NCBI RefSeq assembly: GCF_000315625.1
Contig: NW_005434663.1
Location: forward strand, 248,001 to 312,000
Direction: 5' to 3'
Length of the DNA stretch: 64,000 bases
Origin: Guillardia theta CCMP2712
Taxonomy: Eukaryota > Protista > Cryptophyta
Shown here: positions 12,801 through 23,644 of the stretch, one piece after another
Position numbering within the stretch: the first letter of the stretch is position 1
Layout of the letters: the number at the start of each line of letters is the position of its first letter
The notes under the pieces: generated by a model
What the model was told of the DNA's origin: nothing
Databases searched by the model: none
What the model saw: only the letters and a program-made list of their open reading frames with translations
Translations under genes and position numbers: made by a program

Positions 12801-15800
12801 CGTAGGTTGAAGGAGAGCGGTATGAAGGACTTGGAAGACCTCGCAAGGAAAGTTTCGTCCCTCAACTTCGACCTCGAGTTGCCTGTCATGAGAGCCTCCA
12901 CGTTTGAGATGTTCAGCTACTTGAGCTCCCGCGCGGTTCTCTTCCTCCTTGACCCCTCCATCCATTCGTTTGTGACGTCATTCGAGAGGTCTCCTCCTCC
13001 TCCTCCTCCTCCTCCTCCTCCTCCTCCTCCTCCTCCCCCTTCTCCTTCCCACCCCTCCCCTCCCCTCCCACTCTCTCCTCTCCCTTCTTTTGATTCTCTC
13101 TGGCAGCCGAGGAGTAGACGAGGAGGGTCAGGGGGCACACGGAGGCGACAAACTTCTCAACACGGACGTGGTTGATGCTCTCCGCGAGCATCATCGCGTC
13201 ACTCTGCGGCATCTCAACCTGAGGCTCAACAAGTCGGTCAAGATGGAGGCTGTGCTCGCTCTCATCAGCTCCTCCTCAACCTTGACCTCCCTCTCTCTCT
13301 CCGACGTCTCTGCTGCTTCCATGGACCTCGCAGGAGGCGACAAAGTTCTGGGTCATGAGCGCGTCGACGCCTTGCTGGGGGAAGTGAAGTGGTCGAGTCT
13401 CGTGCTGCTGACCTCCTTGTCCCTGCCCTTCCAGCCCCTCTCCGACTCCTCCCTCGTCCTCATCGCCAACGCGTGCCCTCAGCTCTTGCAGGTCGACTTG
13501 AGCTACTGCGTGCGGCTAACGGACGACAGCTTCTGCTTCTTGTTTCAGCGAGCAGAGCTGCTGGAGGGGGTGAAGATGGGAGGATGCGACAAGGTCGGAG
13601 ACGCGTCGCTGATGACGCTGTGCGCGAGGACGTGGAGGAAGTACAACCCGGAGAGGAAGCAGCACCCGGTCCCTCAGATCTACTTCGAGAAGTTCATGCC
13701 CGAGAGCTTCAAGAAGAGCGCTCTCGTCAACGTGCAGAAGATTCGAGCTGCCAACCCCAACCAGAAGCAGACGGAGAGCCTTGACAAGATGGACAGCGTC
13801 TGGATCAAGACTGACCCTCTCGGGACGCAGAGGGCCAACGTCGAAGAGCTCCTCCTCAGCCTCTCGCAGCAGCAGTTTCCCAAAGGCTTCTCTCTCGCCC
13901 TCTTCAGCTTTGTGCTGCAGGAGACAATCTCAGAGGAGGAGGCGGCCAGTCGCTTCATGACCTACACGCAGTTCCAGACCATGTGGAAGCTGCTCGACAC
14001 CTGCGGGGAGCACGAGAGCTACCTGGCGCTGTGCGGCAAGTTGGAAAAGCTCTTCAGCTCGGAGACGCAGGTAGAGACCGTTCAGTTCTTCCTGCAGGAG
14101 AAGATGGAAGAGCTCAAGGCCGTCGGATGCGACGAGGAGCTGCTGGAGTTGGGGCTGTCAGAGCCTGCTATGGATGAGACGCGCTACGACGTGATGAAGA
14201 GGATCACGAGCTGCAGGCAACAGCTGGTGTCCCTGCTGAAGGAGAAGCAGGGGAGGTACAAGCCGCTGCTGGACAAGCTGACGAAGCTGCGGGTCAAGTT
14301 GGTGATGGTTGCGGATCTTGATCTCGAGAGCTTTTGCATGGCGTGTGTGCATGGCGAGCTGATGTCAGAGCTGGTTGAGGCTGGCTGGAGCCATCGGTCC
14401 CTGGAGAAGAAACTCCAGAAGCTGAGAAAATCTACTGAGACGTTCAAGAGCAAGAAGAAGACGGAGGAGTGGGAGGCGTTCTTCCAAGACTTGCTGCACG
14501 TGCTGATTCAGCATGTCACGGTCTTGCAACAGCTGATGACCATGATTCACAACGAGATCGGCATCCTTGTCAAGTTTGCAGACATGAAGCCTGTTGTCCT
14601 CGAGAAGACTTTCATCAAGGTGAGATCACCGTCGATCCTGCTAGTCTCACTCCGTCTCCTCTTCTGTTTCTTTTTGTCTTCCTCCTCCGCAGGTTGAGAT
14701 TCTTTCTGCCATTGTCTCCAAGGAGAACCTGCGAGATCCGTTCCCGGGCGACGACGAGGGGAAGCCGATCAACGTGTCTGACATCCGACTGAGAGCCTCG
14801 GTTACCCTCCTGCCTGCCGCACGTGCGACCCTGACGCTTCTCAGCTCTCCCTCCTCGCGCGCGACTGCGAGCTACCGGACCAGCACACGTCGCTGATCGA
14901 AGAGGTCAGTCGAGTCCCGATGCTGCCAGTCTGACGGGTGAGCAGACGAGGACCCCCGAGTGGCAGACGGTCTTTTTCTACGAGCTGCGGGAGGTGAACG
15001 AGGTGGCGGAGATGATCGCGACTGCTCGTCGCATCGACATGACGCAGCTCCCGGGCCTCGTCGTCTCCCTCAAGCTCAGCCTCAAGGGCAAGGGAACAGC
15101 AACCGTAGCCAACAGCCTCCTCGCCTACCCGACCTACTACGAGCGAGACGGAGAGATCCGTTACTACAAGCTCCTCTCCCCCGTCCGCTACCTCCGCGAC
15201 CTCCCCAAGAACCAGTATCCTGCCGCCATCCCCCAGCTCGGCGCCATCTTCGAGCAGCGGCACATTCCTCGTGGACACACGGAGCCTGTCTTCGAGGAAG
15301 GCGTCATCGGCGAGCTCTGCGCGAGAGTGTCGCTGATCTCTAGGTCGACGCTGATGAGCAGAGGGCAGAAGAAGAAGTCAAAGAAGCGTCAGAAACAGAA
15401 GCAGGAAGAGGAAGACGTTGAAGATGAGGAGGGGGATGACGAAGACGGCAACCCCAAGCAGAAGAAGGGCAAGGGCGCCTTCTTTTCAAACTTTGTTGAC
15501 AAGGTCACGGAAAACGCCAAGAACTTGATCGAGTCTGCGATGCTGAACAGCGCGGCCATGGTAGAGAAGGTTGCGGAGGAGGTTGTGGAGCAAGTGATGA
15601 ACAAATTACTCGAGGAGGTCTTCTCCTACAAGATCAATATGAACGACAGCGCGTCGAAGAGCCTGGGAAAGTCCTTGGACTTCTTCATGAACGAGAGGAA
15701 ACTTGTTTGCATCGAGCTCGATCGCATGCAGGTTTCGACTTGTGTGCTGCAAGGCATGAGCGTGTGTTTCTGCGGTCACCTAGTGCGAGTCTCTCTCAAC

Positions 15801-16856
15801 TCCTGCAGTGGAGTCACGGACGAGTTTCTTCGGAACCTCGCGGAGCTGCATGGCGACGTGCTGCAGGAGCTCGAGGTTGAGAGATCTCCCCATCTCACTG
15901 ACTACTCCTTGTTCTACGTCACAAAGTGCTGCCAGAGGCTCAGAGTTCTCAACATCTCCGACACTTCAGACAGAGTCTCGGACGCGACTGTCCTCTCAGC
16001 AGCGGAACTTCCTGACCTTGAGAGGTTCTCTGCCGCCTATCTCAGTACCGTATCCAACATGTCGCTGGTTCTTGTTCTCAGCGCCCGCAAGCTAAGGCAC
16101 CTGGACGTCTCTGGTTGCGAGCGGATCGACGACGGTGTCTTCTACCAGTCCTCCTCCCTCACCCCAGCAGGCTCCTTACAGCTCGACCGCTTCCAGCACC
16201 TCACCTCGCTGGCTATGGACTTCTGCAACGTGGGAACGGAGGCTTTGAGGTCGCTTGCAGGCGCGTCCTGCCCCCTCAAGAGCATCAGCTTTGCGCACTG
16301 TAGGAGGATCACGGATGAAGGAGTCGTGCTGCTCGCCAGCAGGACGCCGACTCTAGAGCTTGTCAACTTTTCCTCCACCATGGTGGGAGACGAGGGCGTC
16401 TTTCACCTCCTCGACTTCTGCCGCCTCCTCTCCCGCCTCAATCTCTCGCTCTGCCCTCGCATCACCCCCGACTCTCTCACCTACATCCTGGCTCTCGGGC
16501 TCAGGCTCCGCGAGGTCGAGATGATCGGAGCAGGAGGAGAGGAGCAGGCATCCGACGGGTCGCTGCTGGACGTGAGCAGTCTGGAAGACTTTGCGGAGTC
16601 TTTCAGGGCCCAAGGAGGAAATCTCATCGCCGACCTCCGCCTGCCGGCTCAGCCTCGAGCTCCCCGCAAGGCTTCAAGGGCGAGGACGAACGTGAGTTGC
16701 TTCGCTGCCTCTCATCCGAACTCGCTGACTCGCTTTAAGCGTCAGATCTTCTCCCGCATGGCTAGAACAGCCTCCACCGTAGGAACCGCGCACTCTGAGT
16801 CCAGCTACTCCCCTATGATCGCCGCCCAGAAAGCTCAGATCAAGTTTGCCTCCTAG
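9826..16856 (+). CDS. Large protein: N-myristoylation motif, Clu (clustered-mitochondria)-like domain, two blocks of F-box/AMN1-type leucine-rich repeats separated by a helical/coiled-coil region
   Basis: Start MGGGSS; intron 9870-9961. Clu hallmarks: LIADFQDL, FHVLRPEL, MHVRGLNARHL, LAEIVAR, SASFW. LRRs such as LLQVDLSYCVRLTDDSF, LRHLDVSGCERIDD and LSRLNLSLCPRIT lie in the 13090-14697 and 14994-16856 ORFs. Confidence 0.7.
9878..9947 (+). repeat. Intronic tandem repeat (GCTGCTGCTGG) x6
   Basis: 11-bp unit read directly, inside intron 9870-9961. Confidence 0.9.
11871..11987 (+). repeat. Intronic 9-bp tandem repeat CGCTTG[ACT/TTT/TCT] x13
   Basis: Read directly; lies within predicted intron 11857-11996. 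Confidence 0.9.
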
Positions 16857-16913
16857 CAGAGCAGAGTGAAGTTGAGGGAAGGGAAGTGTAAGGCGGACCA
16901 GCCTAGAGCCGCC

Positions 16914-17078
16914 GAGGGGAGGGAGGAGGGAGGGGAAGTAGAGGGGAGGGAGGAGGGAGGGGAAGTAGAGGGGAGGGAGGAGGGAGGGGAAGTAGAGGGG
17001 AGGGAGGAGGGAGGGGAAGTAGAGGGGAGGGAGGAGGGAGGGGAAGTAGAGGGGAGGGAGGAGGGAGGGGGAAGTAGA
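16914..17078 (+). repeat. 27-bp purine-rich minisatellite (GAGGGGAGGGAGGAGGGAGGGGAAGTA) x6
   Basis: Read directly, just downstream of the LRR gene stop codon. Confidence 0.9.
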
Positions 17079-17493
17079 CGGGAGGGAGGAGGGAGGGCGA
17101 GTACGTGCGACTTCCCAGTTTGACGTCCGACGGTCCGGCGTCCGACTGAAATGGATCTGCTGTCCTTTGGTCGACTAATAAAAGGGGTAGTAGATGATTG
17201 CTGTCTTTCATCACGTAGCTAGGGGGGTTGTAAATTTGCAGCAAAGGCGGGAGGTGGCGATGCGAAAGCGAGGGGAGGGGGAGGAGAGGAGCGGAAGAGA
17301 AGGTGGAGGGGGAGGAGAGATCTGAGGGAGGGATAGGAGAGAGACACGCCAAGACACGGGACGAGACACAGTACGAGATACAAGAGGAGACACAGTTGTG
17401 GAGGAGGAGTAGGAGTGAGTAAGCGGAGGTCAACAGAAAGGAGTGGAAAATTTGTGCAAGTGGGGATCAAACCCGGCAGGAGGTCGACAAGAG

Positions 17494-20400
17494 ATGGAGA
17501 TCGAGGTGGATGGTGCACCAAACCAACAGATTGCGTCTCCTGACGAAGCATCCGACAACGTCATGTACTTTCGGACCATCATGAAATCCCCTGTCCGAAA
17601 AGCTTCGACTGTAGTGAGGAGCAAGGAAGCAGGGCAGAAAGCGGTCCACTTGGTGGTTTCATCCAAAGAGAGCTGCCTGGAAGTTATAAAAGACTCAGCT
17701 CACGAGTTGATTCATCTCTTCGACGAGAACGTGTTCGGAACTATCTGGGATCTCAAGGTTCACAACTATGACTTTATAGCTCGGGAGGATATCGAACTGA
17801 TGGTGGTGAGACAGGCGATATCTGTTGAGCATGTCACTTCAGCGCGTCTTCCGGACGCATTTCAAGGTTTCCAAGCTCTTTGCATGTCCAATGCGTTGAC
17901 TCTCAGGGCTAGGCATGGACTCCGGTCAAGACCTGGTCCTGGTAACCTCCGACTCCGGACGATTGCTCGTGCTGCACGTGGATCTCGCACGATGTCACTT
18001 TCAGAAGGTGAACGAGGTCTTCTTACCCCGAGCGGCCAAGTCGAAGAGCCTGTGGGTCGACATGAGGTTCGTGGCTTCTCTGACTACTTCCGCTCGTCAC
18101 TTCCCTTGAATCTAGCAGCAGCGACTTCGAGGAGCACAGGGCATACGGACATCGGATCTCTGTGGCCCCAACAGGCTCAGCTGTGGTAATCTCAGCGCTG
18201 GAGGACAGGATGTGCATACTGCCTCTGTCTAAGCGGTTGGAAAACAAGGGACAGATCTTCGACGCAGAAATGGACGCGGTTGTACAGCAACTTGTAGCAA
18301 AAGTCATTCCAGTCCCTGGTGGCAAGTTGGGAGCGATCGCTGATCTTCAGTTCACGCACAACGATGAGTCAGGAGATAACATTCTTCATTTTGCAGCTCT
18401 TGTATGCATGAGATCATCTTCACTTCGCGGATGATTGAGTTTGCAGGTCTTGCGTAAGGGGAAAGGAGGTTTTTCCTCGGTGTTATTGTTCAAAGCAAAC
18501 CTGGAATCTAGAACCTGCTTCCTCATGCGATCTTTTAACACTCAGTTTTGCCTGACGACGGTGTCCTTGCTTCGTGTTGTATCGCAGGTCTGATGTATGT
18601 TTGCTCAGTTTGTTTCGAGCGTGTCCGCTTCAGATCAAATTCTGCTGGGAGGGGAAGGAGGGATTCTTCTGCTTGACACTTCAAGGTATAGGTCTAGTCT
18701 GAGGTCTTCTTGACGCTTGTACACAGTGCGTCAAACTATCCAAACATAGGGAGTGAGGGGATGTTGGCGACTGACATGGAAATTTCACTTTCTGAAAGAC
18801 GGATTCCACCATTGAATGAGTTAGGCGGGCCAAACACACTTGTCACGTGCATACATGTCGCTGATTGTAAGGAACATCACGGAAATATCAAGCAAAGGGA
18901 AATTATCTTGATAAGTACAGAGGAAGGGAAGATTTGGGTTGCTGAAATATTTCAAAAAGCATCGTTCGAAGTCAAATTGCTCGGGAGTATCGATTCACCC
19001 ATAGTTCCTAGCAACATTGTTAGTATCCTGGGGCAGGGAGGCTACAGAAGGTTTCTAGTAAACGGCGACAATGGAGACAGTGCAGTAATGATGATGAGGC
19101 TGAATGGGAATGAGATCGAGATCGAGACTCTCGAAAGACTTACCATGCTCGGAGTCACGACAGATTTCACCGTTCTGTCGGACAAAAATGTCAACGGGGG
19201 AGACGAATTCGATGTCTTAGTCTGCTCTGGTACGGGAAAGCATGCAAGCATTCGGCGGCTCAGGTACGGTTTGCCTGTAGAAACTCACGTCCGGTCAGAG
19301 AAAGGCTTGTGCGATGGCATCGTTGGGTTGTACACCATCACATTTGAGCAGAAGCACGATCAATCGTTCCTCTTCATGGCCTTCACTACTGGCTGCAGAG
19401 TTCTCACAGTTGGTTCTGAGCTGAGCGATGTAACGGATGACCTCGGACTCAACCCCACTGCACTCACTTTGCATGCTGCAGCGAACTCAGACGGACATCT
19501 CATTCAAGTGTCGGACGAGGAGGTCATAGTCATCCAGCAACCCGTCTTGGACAGCATGGATCTCGACGTCATTCCTTGCTCGCAGCCAGAGAGAGCAGTC
19601 TGGAGACCCGCAGAGAGCACAAAGATCAGCGTCTCTGCCTCTCTGGGGAACCTCGTCATGTGCTGCACCTGTGGAGGGACCAGCATCCACATTCTCGACA
19701 CCACAAGAGATCAAGGCAGTGCTGGAGAGTTTCAGATCAGAGGAGAGATCACGAGCTTCAGGAGCAGCGAAGAAGTTTCTTGCATGGCCATGACAAGCTT
19801 AGGAGCCCACGGTAGCGAAACACGAAAGATCTCAATCATCGGAACTTATGCTGATGCTCTCAAGGCGAGGGCAGGCAAGATTAAGATCTATTCCCTCGGG
19901 GAAGAGAAGAGGGAAGTTGAGTTGGCTCAAAGCATCGACCTTGGGATCTACTCAGGCAGTGATCTCTCTGGTAGCGTTCCTCAATCTTTCGGCATCCTCC
20001 CCGAACCTGCTGGTGGCGTTTTCCTGGTTGTCGGCTTGAGGAACGGAAAAGTGATCATCTTCACTTTGAATGCTCTGTCTCTCCCTCTTGTCGGGCTTGG
20101 CACAACCCGAAGACTTGCTGAGTCTCCGATCACCTTTGTCAGTATCACTTCCTACGCTGGTCCATCGCTGATCGCCCTTGTGGAAGATGTAGCCTTCCTG
20201 GTGACGCCTTCTCGTGCCTCCTTGCAGTTTCAGAGGATCGGGTTTCAGCCCGGCGGTATCTCCCACGCGGCTCCCTTTATCTGCGATGCCTGTCCACTTG
20301 GGATGGCGATAGTGGTGGACGGGCAACTGAAGTTGGTCTCTATTGATCGTTGTGAGAAGTTAGACGTGAAAACTATCCCGCTTGCTTTGGAATCGGAACA

Positions 20401-23400
20401 TACTGAGTCGGAGTCGAAGCTTGAGGACAATTTCATGCCTGCACGTGTTGTGTGGCACCCTGACGCCAAGCTTGTGATTGTTGGTTGTAACTACAGCCGC
20501 AAAGTCTGCGGAGCAGAAGAGGAACCTGAGAACAAGGTGATGTGTTGTGAGCTGCGACTGATCGACCATGTTTCCTGGTCTACAGTGCATGTTCAGCACA
20601 TTGGCGAGAACGAGCGGATCCATGCTCTTGCTCTTTACCGTACACTTGAAGATGAAGTTCTCGTTTGTGTCGGGACTGGACCTGAGATTTCTCTTGTGTC
20701 CAAAGCTCAGCGCGAGGTTGAAAGTACATCCTTGTTTGAAAAGAGATCAGCAAGCTTGAATGAAAACGAGTCGGAGAGGAGTTCTGATTCAGACAATGAA
20801 GACCAAGGTGTAGGTGATGAAAGTCCGACGGGCAACGAGACCAACTTGAAGAGGAGAAGAAGGGAGAGCAAGGTCAACTCTAGGTTGCTCATATGGCGTA
20901 TTGTTCAGAAATCGGGAGCTCCCGAACTTGTTTTGGTTGCCTCCATCTCAACCAGGAACGCTTGTCGCGCCATCTGTCAGTATCAGGTAAAACGAGACTG
21001 TGAACTTGGTGGGATGACCAGAGCTGGCAGAGCTGCCTGGCGGTTGCGACAGGAGAGACTTGGACCCTTTATGAGTTCAGCCGTGTGAGATTGGAAAAGA
21101 AGGAGAGGAGTTGCAACAAGACTCGGTTCAGGCGGTTGCTTAGCAAGACTGCACGTTTCTTGATCACGAGTTTGACGTCCAACGGATTTCACCTGGCTGT
21201 CGGCGACTGTGTTGACAGTTTCAGCACTTGGAGGATTGCGTTTCCAGTCTTCTCGTGGCAGGTGATTTCAGGGGTCACTGAACTGAAATCAACACCTGAA
21301 TACTCACATTTGTTCATGATGCAAAATGTAAGTGATGGGTATTGGTAGGGGTGTTTTCTTGGTTCACAACCTTGATCAGATGAGAGCGACGAGGGGGTAT
21401 TTTGCTCGGCTAGAAGTCCGAGTCTGTACAGGTGAAGACGTCGGGTCTGCTAGTTGCTTGTTCCTTCTGATGTGCCCTTGCTAGAATCTCCTCAAGCTTT
21501 GAAGCTCGAGGACTGCGCCATCGATCTTCTTGTCGGGAATGGTTTCCTACCCACCATTGACAACTTCACTTTCAAATTCACTCCCACGTCTGGGGGTTGT
21601 GAGTTCTGGAAAGAGACTTCCGAGGGCGTTCACTTTGCCATGGTTGACTATCATGCTTGGGGCAGCGACGAAGGTCAAAAGCTTCTCGTAGTGTCCTTAC
21701 ATGACCCGCCCACGTTAACAGGTCCACCGGAAGGCACCAAGCTGAAGCCAGTCTACATTGCTATTCACGCGAAAGCATCTCAAAGTGAAGTGAAGGTACG
21801 CCAGGGCCCCGTGTGCTCTCCGTGAGGTCGAGACATGCAGGAGAGATACAAGTGGAGTTTTCAGCTCTGCCACAGGGAGCCTTCCGTGAATGCTTTCAGA
21901 GCGAGCGAGGTGAGGAAAGGGCAAGGGAATACGTTGCTGGAGATGATGCCCCTTGATCAGGAGGAGATCGAGTTGAAGTTTGCAGAAGCAGATTCAGATC
22001 GTTGGCCGGTGAATCACAGCAGTGGTGTGAAGGATTTTGATCGACTGACATCATTCAAGCGTACCATCTACATACAATTGCCTCTTGATAAAGATGCTCA
22101 AGTCTACATGAAGGATACAAAAGACGATGTGTGTTGTCATCATTTCGCTTTCTTCTTGTGACGTCCTGTGAAGCAGTTTGAGCTGCGTACAACTGTTCCT
22201 GCAGCATATCGCAACATGTTTGGGGTGTTATGATTCCTGCCTGAGCTTGCTGCCTGGAACCTGACATGCACCTTTGTCAAGCTTCTCCCTGTCAACCTCA
22301 AGGGCTTCGACGCGCTTCAAATCCTTGTGAGTGTCAAAATCGTTCCGATCGCCCTCTCACTCCTCGCCTTCAGATTCGTGGTGACTCGGACCTGTCGGAG
22401 ATCTACTACACGGTCTCCCCGTCGACTCCTCCGCTCTGACTGACGGGCTTGCAGGTTTTTGCCACCTCCCTCTGCGATGGCGCGATGCTCCAGTTCTCGT
22501 ACAAACGCGAGCTGAGTTGCGTCCGACTATGGGGGGACGTGAGGTGATGAGAGCAGAGGAGCAGGAGGAGAAGAGGAGCAGGAGGAGAAGAGGAGCAGGA
22601 GGAGAAGAGGAGCAGGAGGAGAAGAGGAGCAGGAGGAGAAGAGGAGCAGGAGGAGAGGAGGAGCAGGAGGCTTGTCTGACGTCCCTTCCCCAGGTCACGC
22701 ATGGCCGTGAGCTCAACCCTATGGGGACAGGGCAAGGGTCTGCTAGGAACGGATGGGAACGGTCAGCTTTTCTGGCACCGTGGATCAGGGGAGGTGAGGG
22801 GGAGGAGGAGGAGAGGAGGAGGAGGAGGAGGAGGAGGAGGAGGAGGAGGAGGAGGAGGAGGAGGAAGAGGATTGTGACGAGTGACTAGGTGGAGGGGAGC
22901 GAGAACGGGTTTGCTGGGGGAAACCTTCGGAGCTGCTGCGAGATGAGCCTTGACAACAAGTTGACTTGACTCACTGCAACGCTGTCGCTCATGCTCTGCA
23001 GGTTTTGGAACCTCCGAGACTTCCGCATGTCGAAGAAGGCGATGCTCGCGTCTGCCGATCGCCTCAGCCTCTTTGAGGTCTTGAGCTCATGCGTCCCCTC
23101 CCTGCTCACCTTCCCGCAGGACACTCTCAACTTGTCCTCCCCCGTCGCTCTCTGCTGCAGCCTGCAGGAACTTGCGGGAGGAGCGAGCGCCGGGGCTGAC
23201 GGAGCTGCGCAGGGATCACTGGGGCTGGTGATGGGGCTGAGAGGAGGGCAGGCAGTCAACTGCCTCCTTCGACTGCAGGAGCGCATGCAAGAGCATGCGA
23301 GGACAAGACCTCTGCTGGGCCACTCGTGAGAGAGGACCAGTGACGCTCCTTCGTCTGACTGTGCGAAGGCATCGGAGGTTCCGGAGCTCTTCCTGCCGAG

Positions 23401-23629
23401 CCACTGCGATCCTGGTGAGAGCTAGCGGGTGAGGAGGCGGAGGGGCTGACGGACGGACAGGATGGAGATTTCCTGCTGGGCTTCCTCGAGCTGGACAAGG
23501 ACTTGCAGGCAGGGAGGAGGAGAAACCTCCGGCTGGTGACGTGGGTGGCAGGAGGAGCTTTGCCAGGGGGTCGGTCAAACGTCGCACACCATTAGCGAGG
23601 TCATCGACGCCATTCATCATCTCATATGA
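17494..23629 (+). CDS. DDB1/SF3B3(Rse1)/CPSF1-family triple beta-propeller protein (MMS1_N plus CPSF_A domains)
   Basis: VFGTIWDL, DLVLVTSDSGRLL, APTGSAVVISALEDR, LVCSGTGKHASIRRLRYGL, LIQVS and the family C-terminal signature ILDGDFLLGFLELDKDLQ-EELCQ, ending at TGA 23627-23629 after a GC-AG intron at 23509-23551. Confidence 0.8.
22555..22670 (+). repeat. Intronic GA-rich duplicated tract (GAGGAGCAGGAGGAGAA units)
   Basis: Read directly, between GTGAG donor and CCCAG acceptor. Confidence 0.75.
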
Positions 23630-23644
23630 ACGCCTCTTGCACTT

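Noticed and set aside
7446-16856. Single giant WW-Clu-LRR gene
   Set aside because: Exon tracing gives a stop at 9593-9595, followed by a TACCCC-rich intergenic tract and a new MGGGSS start at 9826.
16866-17123. EGREEGGEV repeat protein
   Set aside because: Translation of a 27-bp minisatellite just 3' of the LRR gene; non-ATG start.
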